Made by a program: the position numbers and the translations under genes. The notes under the pieces are model-generated. The model was not told where the DNA came from and ran no database searches. It worked only from the letters and a program-made list of their open reading frames with translations. Of a DNA stretch of 64,000 bases, positions 22,070 through 32,727 are shown one piece after another. Each line of letters begins with the position of its first letter. Positions within the stretch are counted from its first letter, which is position 1. Source of the DNA: Eutreptiella sp. 'Long Island Sound 2002' (taxonomy: Eukaryota > Protista > Euglenida); the NCBI GenBank assembly GCA_964036045.1, contig OZ038378.1, forward strand, positions 7,130,001 to 7,194,000, read 5' to 3'.

Positions 22070-23040
22070 TACCATGTTGCACCGGGCTAGGGGCCTAGTG
22101 CCATTCGAATGGTACCTGGATGATTGCATGCCGATCAGTGCTAGCCGCCACAGGAATGGTATTCACAAGATCGGGGGGCAAATGTACTTACCAACAGCAA
22201 TTTTTGAGATCTAGCTTACAACCTTGAGCACGGTTACTGAGCGAACCATGGAACCATGGGAGCGCTGCAACGTGAAGGCTATATCAGTAGCCCAAAAAGT
22301 CAGTTAGAACCAACTTAGTCTATAAGTTGGATGGGCAAAACCAAAAAGTGTCGGCCAACGACAACAGGTCCAAGTACCCACAATTGATTACTTTTGTACC
22401 CCCCCCCCCCTCTTTGTATAAGCTACGCCCTTGTCCAAGCTACAGTAGGCGTAGGGACCGTATTAATTCGGGGCTTTGGCGTAGCTTATACAAGGGGGGG
22501 GGGTAACCTCCGAAAAGGTTTTGCCATTTAGGCGTGGCGGTTGCCTACCGCACTAGAGACCTCCTCCTCTTTCCTTGTATATGAGCTGTGGGTGCACGCC
22601 CTGTGCCCTATCTAACATGTCTAACAGGGATCCAGTGTATCATATACTTGAGTCGCCCAATTTCCAAGAACTATCTTGAGTACCCGTGAACGCTCTGAGT
22701 CAGCCCCAAAAAAAATTGGATGGCCAAAAATATTGACCTCTCAAGTCCACGCTTAGCCCCCACCACGCCCTTTTTCGCCGATGTTGTCGCCAAGTGGCAA
22801 TTACAATCACAAGAATTTGGGTAGACTTTTAGGTAAAATCATCTGGCTTGGCCGCCCATGCGCGCTCGTGGGGTCCTACTTGGCGGGGCCCCGAGCATGG
22901 CTCAATAGGGGGCCATTTCGTCTCGCGCTACCCCCTTTGCTGCAATTAGGTCTTTGTCAGAGGCTATCGCACACTCATTTCGAGGATGGGAAACCCCCCC
23001 CTGCTACAGATGCACAACTGAATGGCACCGCATCCTGTAT
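22070..23040 (+). pseudogene. Second DIRS-like RT/RNase H remnant
   Basis: WYLDDC (~22110), LGRLLGKIIWL (thumb-like, ~22815) and ATDAQLNG (RNase H N-terminal TDA-like, ~23003) occur in the expected order, with stops between them. Confidence 0.35.
22399..22503. mobile_element. Short (105-bp) copy of the same TA-flanked MITE family
   Basis: TA|Cn..TTGTATAAGCTACGCC..TACAGTAGGCGTAGGGACCGTATTAATT..GGCGTAGCTTATACAAGn|TA. Confidence 0.85.
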
Positions 23041-23159
23041 GTCATGACCAGTTCATCATTGGTTGGTGATCCAGATTTGGCCCCCAATTCACAGAGCGCT
23101 TGTATGGGTCAATAACCAACAAGCAGCCGAATTGTACATTGCCATAGCGGCCACGGATG

Positions 23160-23577
23160 AGACATTTTGAGCTCATTTCCACCACATCCACTCCTTTCTA
23201 GGTTGATTTCTCCCCACCATGGGGACGCCGAGAAGGCAAGGGTTATGTAGCCATATTGACACATATTCCATCAGTCCCTTCACTGATGAACAAACAAGGA
23301 TTTGGAGAGAAGATGAAGAGTATGTGGCATGTTTGACATCTTATGTGTGATGTTGATGCCACATGTCTGACATGATTGTGTGATATTGTGACATGATTAT
23401 GTGATATTGTGTCAGTACACAATGGTAAGGTACAAAGCATTCCAACTCACACAAGTTTTAGTAGAGTAAAACCCATCAATTTTGGATGCCAGATTTTTCA
23501 GTAAAAAACATGAAAAAAAGATTTTCCATGCCGGATTGCAATTTCTACACCCCTTGGCTACTTTGCACCCCCAAGGC
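23160..23577 (+). repeat. Dispersed repeat copy; an inverted, diverged homolog lies at 30265-31075
   Basis: Shared blocks CTCATTTCCACCACATCCACTCCTT, GTTGATTTCTCCCCACCATGG, GATTGCAATTTC and TTGCACCCCCAAG occur in opposite orientation. Confidence 0.75.
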
Positions 23578-24599
23578 CAGGGTAGTAGGGGTCGCCCAAT
23601 TTGCCTTTGGAAAGGGCGTGCCTGGGGCCTCTTTGCGGGGGATCTAATCTAATCTAAAAGTAGCGCGCAGTGCGCGTGCAGTGCGTGTGCAGTGCAAAGA
23701 TTCTCCCCATAGCAGCCGTCTGGGGATTGTGGGGGTGGGTCGGAGGGTGTTCATACACCCGCATGGTGTGCGGGCACCTGACGCCTGGGAGGGATAGATG
23801 GACCTGGGGCCCAAGGTGACCCGCACCCCCTCCTCTTGCGGTATTGTCTGTATCTGTCGAATGGCATGAGTTTTTGTCCATATGGATTGACTGGATCTAA
23901 AGCAAATAACTTTAGTTTTGCCACAGCAGTGACAGGACCAGAACCAGATGGCAGAGGGAGGGGTGACGGGACACCCTCAGGTGTGAGGGGGCAAGAGCTC
24001 TCTGTGTCTGTCAACAGTTTGGTGATTTGCGTTATGCTGCCAGTCAGCTACCATTGGCCCGCGCGGCGCCAATCACTGTCTAGCGCCAACAAAATAGGCA
24101 CCGGTTGCCCAGGCGCAGAGCCATCTTTATTGGCTCCATCATGCTCTACTTGAGCCAGAACAATCCCATCAGTGTTGAAGTGTATTGCTTTTTGTGTTTT
24201 GCTGTGCAAGTCCTGTGTTGTTTTGTGTCACTTGGAATGTTTCAGGCAGGCGGGCCACAAGCAAAACTTTGTGTTGTGCTGGTGTACAGTGCTGACCTTG
24301 TGCAGTTCTGGGCATGACCATTCTTGTGTATCCCAGAGTTGGTGACAGTCTCGGGGGGGGGGGGTCGGAGGACACACACTAGACCCTCCGCAAATATTGT
24401 TTCCCCTGAACCAACCAGGCAGACAGGGATTTGGTACTTGTTTCGCTACTGGTGGATTTCACCATGGGTGATTTCAGCATCTGCATTGCTCACTGTTTCC
24501 CCTTTGTTTTTCCCATTTGCAGTTTTCGATTCTGTGCTGTACTTTCAGGTGCTCGTTGAGCACGTGTCTCTTCTGTGGCCAAGCCCCGTGGGCACTCTC

Positions 24600-26500
24600 T
24601 GTGGTGCGAAATGAAGATTGCTGGTGCTGGTACTGTTGCTTCAATGTGTACAGACCTTGGTTGCAGAACTGATATGTGAGAGGATTTCAGGGTGTCCTTT
24701 CCCACTTTTGGGGATGTTTCACTGACCCCATTCCTCCAAACAACCAAGGCGGGGATGAACACCGTCCTAACAGACGTAATCTCCTGGCGACCTGCTCAGG
24801 GATTCTGGGGTTCCAGGAACTTGTTTTTTTGTACGTTGAAGATTGCATCAGGGGCTGTTGGTCTCATACACTGGCAACTTGCAGTGTGTGTGGTTCCAGC
24901 AAGGACGTGCAAATCCAATCTGTTGGGAGCACAAATTGCAAGTCATCTCTAAGAGTGGTTGTTAGATTAAGGGTAGGTGTGAGCGATATTTGCTCCCAGT
25001 TTGCAGGGTTTTCTCACACGGACCTAGGTCCCATGCAATTTTTTGCTTTTCTGTGTACCTCCTGATCAATGGCACCGGTCCTGGGTCCTATTTCTGGGTA
25101 CCCCTTACCAGGTCTCCTGATGACTTAGGTTGGCTGAAAAATCGTTGCTTTGAGTAGTATCGTGAAAAATAGGAGCTAACAAAACCTATTGGGAACTGTT
25201 TAGCGCCAGTTAGGCCACTTATTATTGTGCATGTGCCCCTTGCACCTTGTCTGGGCTGCATCAGCCCATTGGTGTAGATTCAGGCAACTGGGCCCACTTT
25301 TGGGCGGACGTGCAAAAAAAAAAAGCGACTGTCTGCCAAAGGGAACAGAATGGAAGTTTTTTTGAGGCATGCTTCTACTTCTTATCATATCATATCATAT
25401 TATTCATTATTTTTCTGAAAAGAATTAACATTTACCCCCCTTAGGGTATGTGATATCAACCCATGCCACATTTTTCCCCCCAACTTTTGCCTGCGCACAG
25501 GGCTGCTTTGGGGTTTGGTGCTCAGGGATGCATCGCGGCCAAATGAGCCCTCCAAATTGCTTCCCATTGGCTGCCTAAAAGGGCTGTGTTGCGTCCCTTT
25601 TGCACCATCTTAGGCAAATTTGATTCTTTGTGGCCTTTGTGGCCACGATGTGTCCCCACACCCGGGTCCTGTTCAACTTTATTCTTCTACATGGGCCTTC
25701 TAGCCATGGGTGGAGGTCCTGGGTCCCATCTACACGAAACACCCAATTGGCTGTTCAATGGGCCTGAAAACGGCACAGTGCTTATAGGTAGGCTAAGTTA
25801 GGTGGGCTCACAGCTGCATCGGGCAGGGCATCAGGGGTACCCAGAGATTGGACCCTGGAACCCTGCCATTTGTTTGGAGGTCAATATACAAGAAAACTAG
25901 GACTGGGACCTGGGTCTTGATCGACGCATAATGGCCAAAGTAGGCCAACTACTTCTGTTGCCTCTGGCAATTTCATTTGGCAGAGAGTTGCATGCCCTGT
26001 GTTTTGCATCAATCAAGGCAAACAGGCCCCAACTGGTAAGACGTTTTGGGCAACCCCTCATGAATCTCCAGGCAACCTTGTGCCATGCTTGCGCCATATT
26101 TGGTGACAATGAGAGTGCATATGAATCCATGGGCCAAATAGCACCAATCAGGCCCCTGTGAAGGGATGTTTTGAGGTTTTGTTGGCCAGCATGGGTTTGC
26201 TGAAAAATCTCTTTTTGGGGGTGACCAGTAATGACCCTTGGAGGAGGGCTTAGGCCAGGCATGGTTCGTAATTTGGTGGCAATGGTAGAACAATACACAA
26301 CAACATTTACACCCACCAGGAGCTGTGTCGCACCAATCAGGCCCAATTGCCAGGTGTCCATGATATAGCCCCCAAGGGTGCTATTCATGTACCATAGACC
26401 AAGAGGCTCAGTTCGGAAATGAACCCTTTATAGCATCCTTATTGGTACAACCAAAGAATCGCCTGCTGAGTTTTTGATTGGGGACCATTCAACCACCTGG
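24600..26500 (-). pseudogene. Degenerate non-LTR (LINE-like) retrotransposon, post-RT region
   Basis: Minus-strand remnants EPLGLWY..YIMDTWQLG and KTSLHRGLIGAIW..QAWHKVAWRFMRG. Many stops; no complete domain. Confidence 0.35.
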
Positions 26501-28843
26501 AACTGAAAAACTCATTTCAGGTGCGCAATGGCCGCAATAGCCCAGCCCAGTTTGGGCCCCCAGGTTGAGCCATACATGTCGGGGTGCCTCAACCCCCTGC
26601 CCCCCACCCTCCCCCGTTGGCCTGTCAGTGTCCCCGTCACGGGAGTCTGGATAAGGGGCTTGAACGACCCCCCCCTGCAAGCCAATTTTCCCCCACCCCA
26701 GGGCCCACATTGACTGTAAAGAATTCATTGGTTTGGCTGAATGGAATGAGGTGCCATCTGCACACAGTCAGTGTGGATTGAATTGACGGCACTTGATTTG
26801 CAATGGATATGTGTTGTTTGTTGTGTGTATGCATACCGGTATGTATGTGGTGTAGTTACTGAGGTTGTTGCTGTCCTTCAGTGGTGGTCAGCAGAGCTCC
26901 CTTTGGTGGTGCTGCTCCCCAGAAAGAATCAGCATTGTTGCAGTTGTCTCAGTCTTCTGCATTGCACATTTTGTCCAGTGAGTGCTGGAATCACAAGAGA
27001 TTCTTCTGGAAAGCCTCATTGTCTCATCAAATGAATTTTATTGTGTGTTGATGCATCTGTGTGTGGCCAGTTGTTTTGTTGCATGATGACCTTGTGTGAC
27101 CTTCTGTGAACAGATATTATTTTTCTGAGCCTTTGTTCTGTGCTTGCATGCTAATGTTGGAACTGTTGTTTCCGTAATGTTGGGATGTAGTTTTGTTGTC
27201 CTGTACACCGCAGTGGGTGAGGTATGCATTGGCACACCTGAAAGCATGTCTTGAAAGCATGTGTGGGTACTTGGGGAACATTTTTTCCTTCCTGCAAAAT
27301 ATTTTCAGTGAGCCAAAAAGCCAATGAGCCGAGAGAAGAAATCTGATTGTCTGTTTCTAGCTTGGGTCAGGAAGAATGACTGATTTTCAGATGCTACAAG
27401 AACATCCAGCATGCTTGTCGTAGTCAATGATACAAAGACAGTGGTTTTTTTTTTGTTTGGAGGGGGCGATGGCTGTGTTGCATGGGCTTTTCTTTGGAAC
27501 AGCCATTTTTGTGTTCAATTTTTCTGTTCCTTGCAGTCTCTCGTCATATGTAGCTCCAAGTCACTTGAGCAGCGATGGCACAGATGACTGTAGCAATGAC
27601 AGCACTGAAGAATCTATCATTGATTGAAGCCTATTAGGATAATAGGTTCATAAATAGCATAGTTGCACAAGGATAGAGCAAATAAAAGGAAAGAGTTGAA
27701 TCTCAACACCTCAAGACAGAGCATCCAATGAACGAGTAGTATGTGCACATACAGATTCAACCGCACGAGTGCCAACGCCCCTCTTGTTCAAGGCATTTGT
27801 AGAGCATACACGAATGCATAAAATTGAATGTTTCACCCGCTGTAAAATCATCATTTTGGGAGACCAAATCATCCGCCAATGAATTTTCCAGTCAACTATA
27901 GACTCTTATAGCCGGATTCTATTTTTTTTCCTGAGTGTGGGTGGATGTCAAAGTGGAAAAGTGCGCCCTCAGTTTTTCTTCGTGCCAAAGCTGTGAAATT
28001 TTGGAATTCCCCAATTTTGAACCTAATCAGTTTTGTTCGTGAGTCACTGTTGGTGTTTTGATTTTGGTGATGAAAATTTTGTAGGCCATGCAATTATTTA
28101 AAGTTTTTTCAAATTTGAAAATTTTTGAAACTCTTTGGGCAAGTTGGGATTAGGTTGGGGCCGCTATTTGGTAACAATGTCGGCACTCTAGACTCATGTA
28201 GCAAGGGCCATCCCCCCCCCCCCTCCCCGCATACCAAGAGACCCAAATTCTGATTTGTAGACAATTTAGTGGGATTCACAAACACACCATACTAATCTAG
28301 AGCACAACACTACACACCACACTAATAGACACAAGGGCGTGATGAGGAGACAAAGAGAGAGAATAATGTGAAAGAAACACCATTTTGGGTTGTTCACGGC
28401 ACTGAGAGAAATGTGGTGTATGGTGTTGTGCGGTGTGATATTATGTAGTGTGTGGGGCCTCGTGCTTGTCTTTGTACTTGAGCGACACAATTATGCTTAC
28501 TCAATGTTTCTCTTCTACACTCTCCCTACACCTATCCCTTGGTAGACCTAAGACACCAAGTTAGGACTGACCTCAAAAACACCATGTGCTCCCTAGGCTC
28601 GCCGCTAGGCGCACCTTCTTTACTTATCTCTACTCATACCTGTCGAGGTTGGGGCTTGGCTTAGGCCTCGTTATAAACTTAGGATTAGCAAATACATGTA
28701 GCATGCATGGCAACCACCAAATGTAGGTTCCTCTTAGGAACCCATAAGATTAGATTTGTGGTTGTGTTAGTTTGGGGTGAAAGTGGGGTTTTAGGTTAGA
28801 ATGTGAAAAACACATGCTTGGGCGCCAACATGTCATGATGCAG

Positions 28844-28878
28844 GACACATGACACATGACACATGACACATGACACAT
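28844..28878. repeat. (GACACAT)5 heptamer microsatellite
   Basis: Directly visible. Confidence 0.9.
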
Positions 28879-30264
28879 GATGATCAATGATGAATGAGGC
28901 ATGATGATGAATGATGGATGTGGGTCTGAACATAAGGCGCCGAAGACAGGCATTGGACTTGGAAACAAGTGAAAAATATATTACCTGTGGCTTGATCTTA
29001 CTCATCTTCAACGGAAAAGGAAATTTTGAAAGATTTAGAAGCGCAGACAAAAGCGATAGGAGTGGACAAAAATCATTTGGACCATTTGAGGAGATGAAAG
29101 ATGAAAAGCCAAGAGCACCAAACGAAAGTACCGTCGCGTGGATTGCTCTATAGACTATCCGTGCCGAGCGACTATCTTAGAACTTTGCGCCGAAACACCG
29201 GAAACAACACGAAAAATTGATGAACTACAATTTTGACTTGGTTTCAAGATTGGACAGAATCTTGAACAAATTGGAGGACATTCAGCTCGAAATTTGCGGG
29301 ATACGAAAATCCAAGAAAGGCCAGAAAACCTGTTCCCTCTCAAAAGACACAGATCTCGGCGAAGATGAAAATGATCTAGGAGATTTTGAGACGAAAAGCA
29401 ATGTCGGTGCTGTTCTTTTCACTTGGTTCAGTTTGGAAAAAGGAAATATTCCGCCATTTTTAGAGCTTGTGGCAGGTCGATAAAGAAAGCCCACAAAGAA
29501 TGTCAGAGATTGTGAATCTATAAGTCGCCGTAGCCGTCCAAAGAAACAATGACACTTTGCAAACCAAGACAACCGCAAGTTCATTGTAGCAGCCTAGATA
29601 GCTGCCAAAGTGGGAGGTGCAATTCGTGGTGGTAATATTGCAGAAATTCACCCTTCATCATACGCTCTGGTGGGCACTCAGCGGATTGCAAAGACTTGCT
29701 TCGATCTGCGTACTTGCCACTACGTATACAGGCATAGGTGTATTTAGCATATGGCCATTGAAGAACCATTGCCAAGAGATCAAATACAAGTTAACAATGT
29801 GTTCATGGTTGCGCTATTAAGCTGGGTACAGGATGGGAAGTAAAGAACAAAGTTGCTGAAATGATTGAGTAGCACTGCAAAGCATGGATAAAAGATGGAC
29901 CCAAAGTCGGAGAGTGTTCAAAAACACGTGTACCGAAGTGTTGGGGCGGTCCTTCATCGATTTTGTGTGAAACATGCGTGGTGTGAATGACGTTGACGTC
30001 CTGAAAACGCAGCCGAAGACACCCAAATACGTTCATGGGCTGATCTTGGGCCTGCTTTTGCTTGCGTCCTGTTATCTTTGCGACTAAAACGATGACTTGT
30101 GTCGCCGCCACAACTGAAAACGTCGGAGTTACAAGAAAATTACAAAACACTAGTTGTAAATTCCTTTTTGGAGCCACTGAGGGCGTGCAGCAAAGCTTAG
30201 CAGCGCACCTCCATCATTCCAAAATGCCGTGGACAAAACTAAACTAGGCGAGCTCAATTACCGT

Positions 30265-31075
30265 ACTCTTGGGGGTGCAAGAGAGCCAAAGGGTGTTATT
30301 ACAATTATTATTATTGAAATTGCAATCTGACATAGAAAATCTTTTTTCATTTTTTTTTCACTGAAAAATATTGCAACACAAATGTCAATGGGTTTGCTCT
30401 GCTGAAATTTGTGTGTGCTCGAATTCCTTGTACTTGAACGTTGTGTACCGACACAATATCACACAATCATGTCACACATCTGGGCGGGAAGAAAATTGCT
30501 TTGCGGGGGGGGGGGGGTGGCACGGAAACCTATTTGCCCCCCCCCCCCTCCTTTGTCGCCGTGCCAGGAAAAGGGTTTGGGCTGGGGCTGCCCTACCTCC
30601 CATGCTGGGGGGGGGGGGGGGTTCCGACCCCAACATATATGGCTCAAAATGATCCCCACGTCGCGCCGATTATTTTGACTACATGTATGTGGGGGAAAAA
30701 ATTTTCGTGAAAAAACTTTTCCGGGCCAGAATTTGTGTTCGGGCGCCTTTGGTGGCAACATCCGTCCTTACACAAAACAAAGGGCCCGGCACGGAAACCC
30801 ATTTCTGGAACCCCCCCCCCCCTTTCCTCCTTCGCCGGGCGGCCATGCTATCCCCCCCCCGCAAAGCAATTTTCGGGTCGCCTTGACATCAACATCACAC
30901 GTAAGATGCCGAACATGCCACATAGGGTTCATCTTCTATGCGTCAATATGGCTAAACAACCCCTGCCTTCTGAACGTTCCCATGGTGGGGAGAAATCAAC
31001 CTACCATGATAGGGAGAAATCAACCTACCAAGGAGTGGATGTGGTGGAAATGAGCACAAAATGTGTGAAAAGAGG
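30265..31075 (-). repeat. Inverted homolog of 23160-23577, interrupted by a MITE
   Basis: Homology resumes on both sides of 30481-30880. Confidence 0.72.
30481..30880. mobile_element. ~400-bp G/C-run MITE
   Basis: Inverted ends GAAAATTGCTTTGCGGGGGGGGG (30491) and CCCCCCCCCGCAAAGCAATTTTC (~30851-30873). It interrupts the host repeat. Confidence 0.78.
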
Positions 31076-31549
31076 TGGAAATGGAAGAAAATGCCGCATG
31101 GGGGGGGGGGGCAACTACAATTGGTCATGATGCGACCCACCCCCCAGCTATCTGTCTAAACTTGCGGGGGGGGGGGGGGTTGCGCGCGACCCACTACCTC
31201 GCATGCATACCTCAAGGCGGTGTGTGTGTTTGGGGGCATGGGGGTATAGAGTAAGGTTCGGAATTGGTTTCAAAAAAAATAATCAGTTTTTTCCGATCGT
31301 TTTTCAAAAAATAACCGATTGTTCCGATTATGGCCCCTTCAAATAATCAGTTTTTTCCGATGGTGAAACCAGACCGGGTGGTCAGGAGCAGAGGTCGCAG
31401 TGGCATGGGCAGCAACATTGCTTGGCACCGAAGACATAACGATAGTGTTGACTGAATAGTATCCTGCAAACAGATATGGTACACATAGCCAATGAAATAC
31501 CTGATATGCACATATGAGAAATCCACCCTATCATCCACTAATTGATATA

Positions 31550-32223
31550 ACTACTAAACATCCATGATTGCCTTATCTATCCCACATCCTATGTTCCTAA
31601 CAAGGAAATGGAATATGATATACCCTATCCCACATATATCCCATATATAGGGCCAAATAATGCTCCCTTAGGGGTAAAATGCCAGGGTAGGGTTGTGACC
31701 TGCTTCACCCCCCCACTTAAAACGACTGCCACGGGCAGGAAGTACATGCCCAAGAGGAACGTAGCAGTCACAAACAGCAGCAAATCACAGGTTAGCAGAT
31801 TCCCTCCCATAGGGAATCGAACCTACGCAGGCAATGTCGGAGCCGGCCGCACGGCCGCTGAAGTAGCTCCGATCGCTGGGAATCGAACCACCGCCAAAAT
31901 ACAGAAATTGACGGACGGGATCCCGCAGGTCCCGCAATAAGTAGTAGGCGAAATCGCGAGCTGTTGCGCGTAGAGTCTGGTCCCTGCGTGTCGCATGAGG
32001 CATGTGGGGTCCAGCAGGTAAGGGCAGGTAGTTCCTGCCCTCGGCAGTCGTTTTAAGTGGGGGGGTGAAGCAGGTCACAACCCTACCCTGGCATTTTACC
32101 CCTAAGGGAGCATTATTTGGCCCTATATATGGGATATATGTGGGATAGGGTATATCATATTCCATTTCCTTGTTAGGAACATAGGATGTGGGATAGATAA
32201 GGCAATCATGGATGTTTAGTAGT
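31550..32223. mobile_element. Foldback-type insertion inside the hAT 5' region: two ~181-bp inverted arms around a ~310-bp core
   Basis: 31550-31730 is the reverse complement of 32043-32223 (no mismatch seen by eye). The core contains two GGGAATCGAACC motifs (B-box on the minus strand). Confidence 0.88.
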
Positions 32224-32460
32224 AGTAGTAGTAGTTGCAAAAAATAACCGATTGTTCCGATTATTGCCCCCCCTTTTTTTTTGCCTTCTTGTCCACACCC
32301 GGAGGTACCCATCTGCTTGGTTGCATGGGTTATTTCCCACAGTGTGTTTTTTTTCATTTTTGGATCTTTCATTTTCCAACAAAATTTTTATCTCACATAA
32401 AAAGTTCACTAGGATTTTCAGTGATGATGTCATCTTTGCTTATCATCATGCAATCACTGA

Positions 32461-32519
32461 TGACGTCACCACGATGACGTCATCACGGTATCACTGATGA
32501 CGTCATCACGATGACCTCA
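32461..32519. promoter_or_regulatory. Cluster of palindromic TGACGTCA (CRE-like) motifs upstream of the transposase
   Basis: TGACGTCA at 32461, 32475 and 32498; TGACCTCA at 32512; TGATGTCA at 32425. Function is inferred only. Confidence 0.5.
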
Positions 32520-32727
32520 TCACGGTACCATAATTCCAAACACTTTACATCTAATCAGCCGTCAGGGCCAGGCCATCAGAGCCATGCTAGCTTCCACACT
32601 CGGTGGCTTGCCAAACTCACTTATTGGTGGCAGGCCACCAGGGGACGCATGGTCCGACTTTCTAGACACCCAGTCAGGCTACACTACTTGTTGTACTACC
32701 TATTTTTGTCTCCTTGCAGGCAAAATC

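Noticed and set aside
23640-23830. Possible retroposon 3' end with a (TTAGA)3 tail, or a ribozyme-like GC-rich segment
   Set aside because: No TSD identified, and I could not build a convincing HDV or hammerhead fold.
32584-32727. Upstream in-frame ATG extending the transposase to 823 aa
   Set aside because: The extension spans a polypyrimidine-AG acceptor and is not protein-like; ATG 32728 is preferred.
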